Notes: generated by a model from the letters alone, not told the origin. A stretch of 64,000 nucleotides of DNA from Alphaproteobacteria bacterium (GCA_016735395.1 JAERRO010000006.1:2488-66487); one strand, 5' to 3'. Counted from the first letter of the stretch, positions 39,046 through 49,391 are shown. Numbers and translations are program-made.

Positions 39046-40092
39046 ATGAGAGAATTTAATTTACAAACTGAAGGTCTTGCTATGAAAGAGAGGCATCGTT
39101 ATCAGCTATATATATTATGTCCTAAAGAAATTAAATTTTCAAATTCAGTTTATCTATCGCCGTATATATCGTATTTTCCAGATTACATTCACGGAGACAA
39201 GATAGTTCAGATTGAAGGTGAGGCTAGTCAGTTAATAGCGGTTATCCGTATGGTAGAACTTAAAACGGGAAATATTATAGAGTATGTATCGAATTTATAT
39301 TTTAAAGACGAAGACATTTTTCAAGGGCCTTGGGTATCTGTATCCGTGGTAAAAACAGAGACTCACTTTCAGATATTGCCAAAAATAGTACCTGTATCAC
39401 GAGGTCGACTAAATATCAGTTTAGACTACCCTGAAGAAAAATGTAAATTGTATGGAGGTCAAAGAATTGATGAAGACGAATACGAGTTAGACATTTATAA
39501 GTTGGACAAGATATTTATAAAGACAAAAAATTCTTATATGACTTTCCCCGAAGATTTATCTATATCTTTGAATGTATCACAGAACGGCTATACTTCTATT
39601 TTTCCATTTGCGATAGGGGTGTTAAGTCAGTTATCTTTTTTTATGCATATATGTTATACAAAGTTGGAAGTCGACTTTATGTTATCAGAACGGGTTAGTA
39701 ATATTGACGAGGTTAAAGGGATATCGGTGTATCTACCTGACGGGCTTATGATTAGCGGATTACCTATTGACAGGGACAGGAGAGTTATAATAAGTTCTAA
39801 ACGACTATTGAAGCCTATATTTTTCAACAATTACAAACCTTTCGGCAAAAATTCGTTTACTATTAAATATGATATAGAGTATATAAACGGTGTTGAGAAA
39901 AAGGGCAAAGGAGAAAATACAGTATCCACAAACAATCAATTTCATCTAGATCTGAAGTTTCCTAGTCCTATAGAAAACTCCGGAGATCTACAGTTGTGCG
40001 AAGATTGTGGTATAGTTAAAAACAAATCTTATATGAGCGGTTTAGACAGTGTTTTACACATAGAAAAACTATTTACGACTATTCAAATTTAG
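39046..40092 (+). CDS. Hypothetical cytoplasmic protein (orphan)
   Basis: 348-aa ORF with no signal peptide, no TM segment and no recognisable motif. It sits between tRNA-Gln and convergent lolD. Confidence 0.5.
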   Translation: MREFNLQTEGLAMKERHRYQLYILCPKEIKFSNSVYLSPYISYFPDYIHGDKIVQIEGEASQLIAVIRMVELKTGNIIEYVSNLYFKDEDIFQGPWVSVSVVKTETHFQILPKIVPVSRGRLNISLDYPEEKCKLYGGQRIDEDEYELDIYKLDKIFIKTKNSYMTFPEDLSISLNVSQNGYTSIFPFAIGVLSQLSFFMHICYTKLEVDFMLSERVSNIDEVKGISVYLPDGLMISGLPIDRDRRVIISSKRLLKPIFFNNYKPFGKNSFTIKYDIEYINGVEKKGKGENTVSTNNQFHLDLKFPSPIENSGDLQLCEDCGIVKNKSYMSGLDSVLHIEKLFTTIQI

Positions 40093-40099
40093 AGAAAAA

Positions 40100-40765
40100 T
40101 TATTCTACAATAACAATTCTATCTGCTTGATCGGATAGCATAACATCGTGGGTGGCTATAATAAGGGTAGCCCCGAATTGTTTAGAAATTTTTTTCAGTA
40201 GTTTAAAAATTATGACGGCATTATCTTTATCGAGATTTCCGGTAGGTTCATCTGCCAAAACTATGGCGGGCTTATGCACTAGAGCCCTACAAATAGCTAC
40301 TCTCTGTTGTTCTCCTCCGGATATTTGATTCGGATATTTATTTATCATTTTAGAAAGTCCTACAGTCCGTAGTATCTTATCTGCCTCTTTTATAGCTTTA
40401 GTCTTATTGACACCTATAATTTGTAGAGGCATCATAACATTTTCTAGAACCGTTAGATCCTGCAGTAAATAGTGCGATTGAAATACGAAGCCGAAGTATT
40501 TTTTTCTTATGAGAGTCTGAGCTTTGATAGAAAGATTAGAAATACACTTACCTTTAAAGAAGACACTTCCCGAAGTCGGTTTATCTAGCATTCCTAGAAG
40601 GTGCAGTAAAGTCGATTTACCAGAGCCGGATCTACCGACAAGAGCTATAAATTCTTTACGAAACACATTGAGTTTAAAATTTTGAAAAACTTGAGTATAG
40701 TTATTTTTGTCATCGTAGGAAAAAGAGAGATTATCTACAGAAATTATCACATTATTATTTGTCAT
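40100..40765 (-). CDS. lolD: Lipoprotein-releasing system ATP-binding protein
   Basis: Walker A GRSGSGKST, the ABC signature LSGGEQQR and Walker B LADEPT are present. It is immediately downstream of lolC/E. Confidence 0.7.
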   Translation of the reverse strand: MTNNNVIISVDNLSFSYDDKNNYTQVFQNFKLNVFRKEFIALVGRSGSGKSTLLHLLGMLDKPTSGSVFFKGKCISNLSIKAQTLIRKKYFGFVFQSHYLLQDLTVLENVMMPLQIIGVNKTKAIKEADKILRTVGLSKMINKYPNQISGGEQQRVAICRALVHKPAIVLADEPTGNLDKDNAVIIFKLLKKISKQFGATLIIATHDVMLSDQADRIVIVE

Positions 40766-42006
40766 ATATTGTCTCTAATGGCCTGAATTGGCTTAATTTT
40801 GGTTGCTCTATGAGTTGGGTATAATGTTGCTAGGAAAGATAGAGTTAAAGAGATGGAGACGATTAAAATTATGGTATCGAGTTGAACTACAGCGGGAAGT
40901 TCAGCGAGATTATAAATCTGCGGATCGAAAAGATTTATATTAGTTATCTTCTGAACAAATTGCCTAATAGGTTCTACGAAGACGGAAATCGTGATACCTA
41001 TAATGGTTCCAAAAATAGTTCCAAAAACGGCTATAATCATACCCATAAAAAGAAATATTCTTCTAATAGAATTTAGTCCCATACCTAGAGTCATCAGCAC
41101 CGCGATATCTTTAGCTTTGTCTTTAACGAGCATAGTTAAAGAAGCTACTATATTGAATACAGCTACGATGACTATCATAAGCAGAATTACAAACATCACT
41201 TGAGTTTCTATAGCTAGAGCATTCATAAGAGAAGCATTTATCTGTTGCCAGTCATATACTGCAAATTTATTAGAAATAATTTTATAGAGCAAAGGTTTAG
41301 CTTTAGAAATATCGTTAGGATCGAACAGAAAAATATCGAGTTGTGTAACGGAGTCTTCTATATTAAAAAATTGCATAGCATTCTTCAAACTCATAAAAAC
41401 TAGAGAGGAATCAAATTCGAACATACCAAGTGAGAAGACCGAAGAGATATCAAAATTCTTAATAACGGGCATCTGTCCGAAGGCGGTCTGTTCTCCATTA
41501 GGAGACAAAATAGTCATTTTAGTATTATGATCTTGATTCATTCTATTAAAAAGTTGAGATCCTATAGCGATACCTTCGTCGAAATTTTTAAAATTTGTTG
41601 TCCATTTAGAACTTTGCATAATGTCATTAAAATTATCTTGACTCACTCCTCTAATGATGATTCCGGCATTATTGTTGTCTGCAACGACGAGACCTTGTCC
41701 TTGAATAATAGGTACTACAGTTTTAATATATTGTTTTAGATCTGTATCTGTTTCTAAAGTTTTTACGAGAGGTTCGAAGTCGGCGATGTTAGCTCCAGGA
41801 ACAGATATAGTTATATGTCCATTTATACCGAGTATTCTATTTATCAGTGTATTGTGAAAACCTGTCATGACGGAGGTTACGACAATAAGAGTTGCTACTC
41901 CTATAGTTATACCTAGAAAAGACATAACGGTAATAAGAGAGACAAATTGATCTTTTGCTCTCGACCGCAAAAATTTCATAGCAATTTTAATTTCAAGTTT
42001 TATCAT
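40762..42006 (-). CDS. lolC: Lipoprotein-releasing system permease LolC/E
   Basis: 414 aa with MacB/FtsX-like topology: TM1, a large periplasmic domain, then 3 TM segments. It overlaps lolD by 4 nt. Confidence 0.7.
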   Translation of the reverse strand: MIKLEIKIAMKFLRSRAKDQFVSLITVMSFLGITIGVATLIVVTSVMTGFHNTLINRILGINGHITISVPGANIADFEPLVKTLETDTDLKQYIKTVVPIIQGQGLVVADNNNAGIIIRGVSQDNFNDIMQSSKWTTNFKNFDEGIAIGSQLFNRMNQDHNTKMTILSPNGEQTAFGQMPVIKNFDISSVFSLGMFEFDSSLVFMSLKNAMQFFNIEDSVTQLDIFLFDPNDISKAKPLLYKIISNKFAVYDWQQINASLMNALAIETQVMFVILLMIVIVAVFNIVASLTMLVKDKAKDIAVLMTLGMGLNSIRRIFLFMGMIIAVFGTIFGTIIGITISVFVEPIRQFVQKITNINLFDPQIYNLAELPAVVQLDTIILIVSISLTLSFLATLYPTHRATKIKPIQAIRDNI

Positions 42007-42059
42007 ATTACTTGACTATATAATAGATTGAAATTTATACAAGCACATAGTTTTAAAAA

Positions 42060-42731
42060 TTAGTCTTCGGCGGTTATGGCTTCGATTTCTTGTAGCAGTC
42101 GACTTCTATCGATATTCAGATACCCCTCGATTTCTTCTACAGATTTACTTTGAATTTTAGGTTTAATAAGTTGTTGATATATTTTTTCTGACGATCCTCC
42201 TCCGGTCTCTTTTAGATCGTCATCGAGTGCGGTAGGTCTGAATGTCATTATTATGAAAGAACTCCACCTAGCAGAAGCCTGTAAAATCGGTCTAGAATGA
42301 CTTTCTACTACCCACTTTGGGAGTTGATTTGCCGGAAATATGTATAACATACCTATGTATATCCACCCAGCTATAAAAGAAGCTCTTACTACACCGAAAG
42401 CTAGTCCTAATATTTTATTCAGCAAAGTCAGATTGAGGAAGCCAGAAATTTTACAGAAAGATTTGAGTATAGTTCTAGAGACTAGGAACAGTGTTAAAGC
42501 CGATATAAAATAGCTTAATCCAAAGATGATTATAGACTCTTCGTGAAATATATCTAACTTATTAAATAGCGGAATAAGTAAAGGAGCTATAAATCTAGCA
42601 CCGACTATAGCGACGACCCAGTCTACTAGAGAGAAGAACTCTCTTAAAAAGCCTCTAAAAAAAGCGACTATTACAGAAGCACAAAAAAGACACAGGACAG
42701 CTAGATCTAAAAATGAGAGAAAATCTACGAT
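42060..42731 (-). CDS. cvpA: CvpA-family membrane protein. The ORF track begins at TTG 42425, but conserved N-terminal helices extend upstream to about 42731.
   Basis: The upstream in-frame region translates as IVDFLSFLDLAVLCLFCASVIVAFFRGFLREFFSLVDWVVAIVGARFIAPLL..., aligning with the CvpA N-terminus (...RGFVRE...). There is no ATG/GTG/TTG, so an ATC at 42731 is inferred as the start. Confidence 0.55.
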   Translation of the reverse strand: MVDFLSFLDLAVLCLFCASVIVAFFRGFLREFFSLVDWVVAIVGARFIAPLLIPLFNKLDIFHEESIIIFGLSYFISALTLFLVSRTILKSFCKISGFLNLTLLNKILGLAFGVVRASFIAGWIYIGMLYIFPANQLPKWVVESHSRPILQASARWSSFIIMTFRPTALDDDLKETGGGSSEKIYQQLIKPKIQSKSVEEIEGYLNIDRSRLLQEIEAITAED

Positions 42732-42890
42732 AGTTTACCCCTTCGTCAATTACATATGGATAGTCCTACACAAAAAAATAAAATAAATCAACTCAAACCT
42801 TACTTTCTATGACCATTGATAAATAGATATCGGTTAGTCATTGACAGACCAAAATCGATTGCTACTATAAAATGAGAGGACAGAAAAGGG

Positions 42891-44051
42891 TTGACAATGG
42901 CAATAAAACATCAAACAATTATAGACAATAAAGAGCAATTTATTAAAGATAATAATAATGCGGGATATAAGAATTTATCGATGAACCTTAATTCTATGGC
43001 ACTTGAGTCTTTTAACAGAGTAATTGATTCAGGTTTAGAATCTGCAGACACATATAACGGCATCGGATTTGTATATAGAAAAGAAGGCAATAACGAAGAT
43101 GCCCTTGACAACTTTAACAAAGCGATAGAACTAGATACAAAACTTTCGTATATATACAACAACCGTGGAGCTATATATATGAGAATAGGAGAGTATAAGT
43201 TAGCTCTTAAAGATTTTGATAAGGCTATAAATTTAACCCCTAAATCTCCTAGAGCCTATAATAATAAGGGTATAATGCATATATATAAAAAGAATTACAA
43301 ATTAGCCCTTAAACTTTTTAGCGAGGTTATAAAATTGAGTCGGAGTCTTATAGAAGCTAATGAAAATAGTTATAGAAGTAGGTTAGTAGAGATGGGGATC
43401 GATAAAGATGTGTTATCTTCTGGAGGTTTCGAGAGTGAGGAGCATAGGTTAGCCTTAATAACATCAAATGGGAGATTTTATCAGTTGAGGAGTAAACTTG
43501 TCGAAGCCCATTATAACCGAGGGCTTACACATATGAGAAACGGCAACTATAAATCAGCCTTTAAAGATTTTAACAAGGCCGTAAAATCTAGTCCATTTTT
43601 CAAAGAAGCCCTTTATAACCGTGGATTAGCGAGTATGAAGAATAACAAACCTAAACTAGCACTCAAAGATTTTAATGAAGGTATAATGATGAATTCTAGT
43701 TTCGAGCCGGCTCTTCACGGTCGTGGAATGATACATATGTTAATGGGCAGATACAGTTTAGCTTCTAAAGATTTTGAAAAGTTTATAGAGGTTAGTTCTA
43801 AAGATAATGAGTACCGCTATAATAATGGATTGTTTCATAGATCTCATGATGATAATGGCTTAACAGATCTATATTTCGATGACAATATAAAATATATTCG
43901 CGATTATTTGTCTGACAATAGAGTTAAAACTTTTAAAGGTAAAAAATTAAATAAAGACGAGATTATAATAGGATTGGAGAAGATGAGAAAAGAGTTAAAT
44001 CAAATTAAAAAGAAAACAGCAGGTTATCCAAAAGATTACCGAGAAATGTAG
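42891..44051 (+). CDS. Tetratricopeptide-repeat protein
   Basis: 386 aa with at least 8 canonical TPR units (A..F.KAI.L.P....AYNNRG). Confidence 0.7.
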   Translation: MTMAIKHQTIIDNKEQFIKDNNNAGYKNLSMNLNSMALESFNRVIDSGLESADTYNGIGFVYRKEGNNEDALDNFNKAIELDTKLSYIYNNRGAIYMRIGEYKLALKDFDKAINLTPKSPRAYNNKGIMHIYKKNYKLALKLFSEVIKLSRSLIEANENSYRSRLVEMGIDKDVLSSGGFESEEHRLALITSNGRFYQLRSKLVEAHYNRGLTHMRNGNYKSAFKDFNKAVKSSPFFKEALYNRGLASMKNNKPKLALKDFNEGIMMNSSFEPALHGRGMIHMLMGRYSLASKDFEKFIEVSSKDNEYRYNNGLFHRSHDDNGLTDLYFDDNIKYIRDYLSDNRVKTFKGKKLNKDEIIIGLEKMRKELNQIKKKTAGYPKDYREM

Positions 44052-44183
44052 TCCTCTCCAAAGTCGGCTATCGGATCTACATATAGATTAAAAAATATTG
44101 ACAAACTAAAGCACAAGTCAAACTCTTGACAACGAGTGATTAACTGTTATCATAAGGCATTAAACAAATGTTAGGAGAGTAAA

Positions 44184-44918
44184 ATGATAAAAAGTTCGGA
44201 GTTAAGTGAGAGTCTTGCGGTTTATAATAACCTTGGAGATATACACAAGATAAAAAACAATCATCTATTAGCTATTAAGGCTTATTCATTATCGATTCTA
44301 AAGAATCCGTCAAATAGCAAATCATATTATAATCGAGGGATGGTATATATGAAGAGAGGGGACTATAATTTAGCTATTAGCAACTTTACTACGGCTATAG
44401 ATCTAAACGATCAGTTTGTAGAAGCTTATAATAATCGCGGTTTACTGTATAAAAAGGACGGAGATTATATCTTGGCTATTAAAGATTTTACTAAAGCTAT
44501 TGAGGTAGATCATACATATAGCAAATCCTACTATAACCGTGGTAATTCTTATACAGAATTAGACAAAGAAGAATTGGCACTTAAAGATTTTACTAGAGCC
44601 ATAGAGATAGACCATACATATAGCAATGCTTATAACAGTCGCGGAAAAATTCTAATGAAGTCTAACCAATACGACTTAGCGATTGTCGAGTTTAACAGAG
44701 CGATAGAAATCGATCCCAAAAACGGTGAATTTTATAATAACCGCGGGGTATGTCATAGATCTGAAGACAATTACGGTTTAGCGAAAAACGATTTTGCTAA
44801 AGCCGTCGATTTAGATAATAACATTGAGTCCTATTCTAATATGATTTCGGTATCAAAGGATATAGAGTCCATCAAAAGAAAACCTATAACATATAGAGAC
44901 CTTTATTTAGAAAGGTAA
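44184..44918 (+). CDS. Tetratricopeptide-repeat protein
   Basis: 244 aa with 6 TPR units (YNNRG..Y...GDY..AI.DFTKAIE.D). It has its own TTGACA-16-TATCAT promoter-like element and an AGGAGAG SD. Confidence 0.7.
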   Translation: MIKSSELSESLAVYNNLGDIHKIKNNHLLAIKAYSLSILKNPSNSKSYYNRGMVYMKRGDYNLAISNFTTAIDLNDQFVEAYNNRGLLYKKDGDYILAIKDFTKAIEVDHTYSKSYYNRGNSYTELDKEELALKDFTRAIEIDHTYSNAYNSRGKILMKSNQYDLAIVEFNRAIEIDPKNGEFYNNRGVCHRSEDNYGLAKNDFAKAVDLDNNIESYSNMISVSKDIESIKRKPITYRDLYLER

Positions 44919-44920
44919 AG

Positions 44921-45682
44921 TTATAATTTAGACTTAATCATATCGTGATATGGTTTCATAAAAGCGAGAGGCACTGAACTTTTAGAGTTTAAAAGTTGTT
45001 TAAAAGAGCCTTGCCACGAGATTTTTCCATTGTGTAAAATACAAATACGATCTGCGATAACGAGTGCTGAAGTTAGATCGTGAGATATAGTGATGGTTGT
45101 ACTTTCTCTATTATCTGTAGCCTTTTTGATAAGTTTATTGATAGTTTGAGCGGTTGCGGAGTCTAGTCCTGAAGTAGGTTCATCAAAAATCATAAGTTTA
45201 GGGTTGTCTGCAAATGCTCTAGCTAGCCCTACTCTCTTTCTCATACCTCCGGACAAAGTTGAAGTCATATTATTTTCTATATTAGGATCGAGGTGAACCT
45301 CTTTCAGAATTCGTCTAGCATTCTTCGAGACTATTTTAGGGGGCATATTATTGAGGTAGATATTTCTAAACATTATATTTTCTGCGACAGATATAGAGTC
45401 AAAAAGAGCGGACGATTGAAATGACATACTAGTATCTTTTAGAAATTCTAGCCATTGCTTTCTGTTAAATTTCTTTATATTTCGGTTGTTAATTAAGATA
45501 TCACCAGAATCTTGAGACAAGAGTTTCATCAACAGTTTTACACAAACAGACTTTCCTGAACCTGATTCTCCGAGGATAACTACGGACTCTCCTTTAAAGA
45601 CATCTAGATTAAAGTCCTTTAAAACGATATTATCGTTAAAGGCTAGATTAACATTTTTAAAAGATATAAGAGGTGTATTCAT
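44921..45682 (-). CDS. mlaF: Phospholipid ABC transporter ATP-binding protein MlaF-like
   Basis: Walker A GESGSGKS, signature LSGGMRKR and Walker B IFDEPTSGLD are present. It is downstream of mlaE. Confidence 0.6.
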   Translation of the reverse strand: MNTPLISFKNVNLAFNDNIVLKDFNLDVFKGESVVILGESGSGKSVCVKLLMKLLSQDSGDILINNRNIKKFNRKQWLEFLKDTSMSFQSSALFDSISVAENIMFRNIYLNNMPPKIVSKNARRILKEVHLDPNIENNMTSTLSGGMRKRVGLARAFADNPKLMIFDEPTSGLDSATAQTINKLIKKATDNRESTTITISHDLTSALVIADRICILHNGKISWQGSFKQLLNSKSSVPLAFMKPYHDMIKSKL

Positions 45683-45683
45683 A

Positions 45684-46472
45684 TTAGTAGAAGATATTAG
45701 TTATAAGATAATTTAGACATAGCACTAGAATACTAGCGGTTACGACGGCCTGTGTAGTTGCTAGTCCTACAGATCTAGCTCCAACTTTAGGTAGCATACC
45801 GAAGAAGGTACCTACTATTCCTATGATGACTCCAAAAACCAGTCCTTTAATGACAGACACCATTAGATCGAATTTCTCAAAATTGTAAACTATAGTTTCC
45901 AGGAAGATATTCGGATTATAATTAAGAACTTGCCAAGCTATTAGGAATCCTCCGAGCAAACCGACGACATCTGCAAGAACTACTAATAGTGGTGTTACGA
46001 TGATACTAGCAAGAAGTCTAGGTTTTACTATAAATACGAAAGGAGAAATAGGCATAACCTTGATAGCATCGACTTGTTCTGAAATTTGCATAGTCCCTAT
46101 TTCCGCCGCGAAAGATGAAGAGCATCGCCCTGAAAGCATTAGACCTGTAAAAACAGGACCCATCTCTCTGACGGTAGAAAGTAGTAAAATTATTGCTACT
46201 GAAGATTCACCTGCATAGTCTGCGAAACCTGACGATGTCTGATATGCCAGAACCATTCCACTAAAAAGAGCAGTAAGACCTACAACGGGGATAGAATAGA
46301 ACCCTACTTTCTTGATGTGTTGTATAACGAGACTCCAGTATATCTTAGAAAAAATCAGATAATAGAAACTTTTAAAGGTAAAAATGAAAAAGAGTCCACA
46401 CCTCTCAAAGAATGCCAGAGACATAGCACCTAGTTTTGTGATAAAATTGTGTTTTCTGTTATCGTAATACAT
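45684..46472 (-). CDS. mlaE: Phospholipid ABC transporter permease MlaE-like
   Basis: 262 aa with the conserved MlaE/YrbE 5-TM pattern. Confidence 0.65.
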   Translation of the reverse strand: MYYDNRKHNFITKLGAMSLAFFERCGLFFIFTFKSFYYLIFSKIYWSLVIQHIKKVGFYSIPVVGLTALFSGMVLAYQTSSGFADYAGESSVAIILLLSTVREMGPVFTGLMLSGRCSSSFAAEIGTMQISEQVDAIKVMPISPFVFIVKPRLLASIIVTPLLVVLADVVGLLGGFLIAWQVLNYNPNIFLETIVYNFEKFDLMVSVIKGLVFGVIIGIVGTFFGMLPKVGARSVGLATTQAVVTASILVLCLNYLITNIFY

Positions 46473-46577
46473 ATTAAGATATTAGTTTAGAGAGATATAA
46501 AAATCAACTAATACTATAGAAATTAGTTGAAAAAGACAGATATATGTATTATATAGATTAGATATAAAGGGCTGTTA

Positions 46578-48218
46578 ATGAGAGAGACTATTTTACAAAG
46601 AACATTATTTTTATTAACGGCGGTATTTTTATCTAGTTGTTCTGTATCCCATAATAGTTCTTTAGAATCTTATGCCGTTAAAGGTCTGTACAAAAATGCG
46701 GAATACCCGGATATCTCTGTAAAAAGGGATAGCAAATTCGAGGGTATCACCGTAGACCTATATCTACCGAAAAGAGACACAAAATATAAAGATTACAGGG
46801 ACATAATAAGTCTATATTCGTTATATAACCCTAGTAAAATGAGAGTAAATTTTTATAACATAGAAGAATTAGAGGACAAAATAGAAGGCATTTTATCATT
46901 GGAAGTTTTACCTAACGAGAATGTTTTACCTAACGAGGCAGTTTTATCTAACGAAAATGTTATAATGGTTGGAGGCGACATTATATCTACAAAAAAAGCG
47001 AAGAGATTACAAGAATTAGGATATATTTTAGTACACCTAGATGGTTGGGAGACTCCGTCTGAATATAGTTATAGCAGTCAAGTTAGCGAGGTATCGAGGG
47101 TATTTAGTTTAATGTCTAGTATAAAAGATGCAGATAAATTGATAGTTATAGGTCCTAAAAAAGAAATTTCCCGCGAGATATCGACTATTGTTGATGAAAC
47201 AGATAAACAGTTAGTCAGCTATTTTAGTTATGAGAGTGGTGATAGTGAAAGTATAAAAGAGGTAGTGAAACAAAGCACCTATTATGAAGACAGGGTAGAG
47301 AATAAAAACAAATTATTGATTGCCTTAAATATGATAGACGAAGAACTTTTACCGGTAGAGGTGAAAGAAGAAGATACAGAAGAAATGGTTATAGATACAG
47401 AGTTATCTAAAGAGTTGTCAGTTCTAGAAGATACAGATACCGAAGTACCAAATTTTACACAAGAAGATCTATCGGAGAGTAAAAAAATAATAGACACCTA
47501 CAATGCTCTAGGTCAAGTCCCGTATGACGGAGTTTTGTTATTCGGAGACGAAACGGATATATTGATGTTAATCTCATATCTAAAATATTATGACAGTGGT
47601 AGTTTAGAGAAACCGTTAAAAATTATGGTAGGATCTTCGATCGACACAAACAAAATAGATCCTTCTTTACAGGGCATCTATATTTCGAAGCAGGACACAT
47701 TCTTATCTAATAGAGTCGGCTCTTTTTTCGGTGTAGATAAAACAGAAAACAATGTCTCATTTTACCATCTATTAGAATGTCTAAATAGTTTAAAAGGCGG
47801 AGAATTATTTTGTAATGTCGGCGGTTATAGCACGATATTTTCGTCTCATTATAACCTAGAGGATCTAACTACTTACAGAATACTTAATCGTCGATTGTCT
47901 CGTATAGACTCAAGTGAAGTCTCTTCTAGATTAAAATTGAGTAAAAAGCATATAGACTATGACTTATCATATTCGGAATTACATTTGATAGATATATTAC
48001 ACAGCACTAGTCTATCTAACGATTGGAAAACAGAGTTAGAAAAATTATTATCTGATATAGAAGAAATCGATTTAGGTTATGTAGAAATAGAGAGCGAAGA
48101 GATAGAACTAGAAGGCGGGCTATTAGATATATTTCAAATTGAAGATGTCGACAGCAATATAGAACTAGAAAGATTGGATGTCGTAGAGATAGAGGAACCT
48201 CTAAAAAAAGAAGAATAA
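46578..48218 (+). CDS. Hypothetical lipoprotein with internal tandem repeats and an acidic C-terminal tail
   Basis: 546 aa with lipobox LSSC. Three 18-nt tandem repeats at 46905..46958 encode VLPNEN/VLPNEA/VLSNEN. The central region resembles a periplasmic-binding/LpoA-like fold. The C-terminal ~60 aa are rich in Glu/Asp/Ile/Leu. Confidence 0.5.
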   Translation: MRETILQRTLFLLTAVFLSSCSVSHNSSLESYAVKGLYKNAEYPDISVKRDSKFEGITVDLYLPKRDTKYKDYRDIISLYSLYNPSKMRVNFYNIEELEDKIEGILSLEVLPNENVLPNEAVLSNENVIMVGGDIISTKKAKRLQELGYILVHLDGWETPSEYSYSSQVSEVSRVFSLMSSIKDADKLIVIGPKKEISREISTIVDETDKQLVSYFSYESGDSESIKEVVKQSTYYEDRVENKNKLLIALNMIDEELLPVEVKEEDTEEMVIDTELSKELSVLEDTDTEVPNFTQEDLSESKKIIDTYNALGQVPYDGVLLFGDETDILMLISYLKYYDSGSLEKPLKIMVGSSIDTNKIDPSLQGIYISKQDTFLSNRVGSFFGVDKTENNVSFYHLLECLNSLKGGELFCNVGGYSTIFSSHYNLEDLTTYRILNRRLSRIDSSEVSSRLKLSKKHIDYDLSYSELHLIDILHSTSLSNDWKTELEKLLSDIEEIDLGYVEIESEEIELEGGLLDIFQIEDVDSNIELERLDVVEIEEPLKKEE

Positions 48219-48223
48219 GCGGT

Positions 48224-49330
48224 ATGTCCGAAGAAATATATATACATATACCTTATTGTCAAAGCAGATGTTCATATTGTGTTTTTCACAGTACTACATC
48301 TAATTCTATTCCAGATTCATTTATAACGGAGATGATACTTGATATAAAGGGGTATAGAGAGAAATTGTCGAACATTGATATCGATATCGGAGATATAAGC
48401 AGTATATTTATGGGTGGAGGTAGCCCTTCCCTTCTATCGTCGGATCAGTTAAAGAGAATTATAGATGCTATATCTAGTTATATATATCCCGTCGATAGTA
48501 TGTCTCAAGAAATAACGATAGAATTAAATCCTAGCGATATTACAGAACCTTTACTTATATATTATAAAACGATTGGGATAAACCGTATATCAATTGGCGG
48601 GCAGTCTTTACGAGACGAAGTCTTAAAATGGATGAACAGGAGGCACACATCTAGAGAACTATTATCTAGCATCTCTTTATGCAAGAAACATTTTGACAAT
48701 ATCAGTGTAGACTTTATCTACGGTTATGAGGGTCAAGGTATTGACGGTTGGAAGGAAGAGTTAAAAGAGATTTTATCGTTAGATATTCCTCACCTATCGT
48801 TATACGAATTAAGTATAGAGCAGAAAAGTTCTCCCTTTATCAGGTCTAAAAAGTTATCTACGGTCGGATCTGAAGATATATTTTCGGCGACGATAGAGAC
48901 GATGTCTAGTTCGACATATGACAGATATGAGGTTTCAAATTTTGCGAAGGGCGGACTTCATTGTCGTCATAACGAGGCTATATGGCGAGGAGGAGTGTAT
49001 CATAATTTTGGGGCGAGCAGTTGCGGAAGATTAAGAGACAGATCTGGCAGTTGGTTAGAAAGCAAAGTCGAGGAGAACAGTAATAATCGTATAATAAAAA
49101 AATTGAGTGATAAAGACAGACTACTAGAATTTTTAATAACTGGGTTTCGTCTATCTAGCGGAATAAACAGAGATTTACTAGGTGGTAAAAGTCTATCGAA
49201 CTTTTTTAGTATAGAATTTTTACAGAAACATAAGAGCTATTTTTTTGAAAATGTCAGTCATATAGGATTAACACCGTCGGGATTAGATATGCTAGACTAT
49301 ATCTTGAGAAATTTAGTTTTATCAGATTAA
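48224..49330 (+). CDS. hemW: Radical SAM heme chaperone HemW (HemN-like)
   Basis: A CQSRCSYCVF (Cx3Cx2C) cluster lies near the N-terminus. The GGGSPS motif and the ~370-aa length fit HemW. Confidence 0.7.
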   Translation: MSEEIYIHIPYCQSRCSYCVFHSTTSNSIPDSFITEMILDIKGYREKLSNIDIDIGDISSIFMGGGSPSLLSSDQLKRIIDAISSYIYPVDSMSQEITIELNPSDITEPLLIYYKTIGINRISIGGQSLRDEVLKWMNRRHTSRELLSSISLCKKHFDNISVDFIYGYEGQGIDGWKEELKEILSLDIPHLSLYELSIEQKSSPFIRSKKLSTVGSEDIFSATIETMSSSTYDRYEVSNFAKGGLHCRHNEAIWRGGVYHNFGASSCGRLRDRSGSWLESKVEENSNNRIIKKLSDKDRLLEFLITGFRLSSGINRDLLGGKSLSNFFSIEFLQKHKSYFFENVSHIGLTPSGLDMLDYILRNLVLSD

Positions 49331-49391
49331 GTTGCAAAGGTCTTAAAATGATTTACACTATACTATTAAAAACAGCTAATAGAGGGATTAA

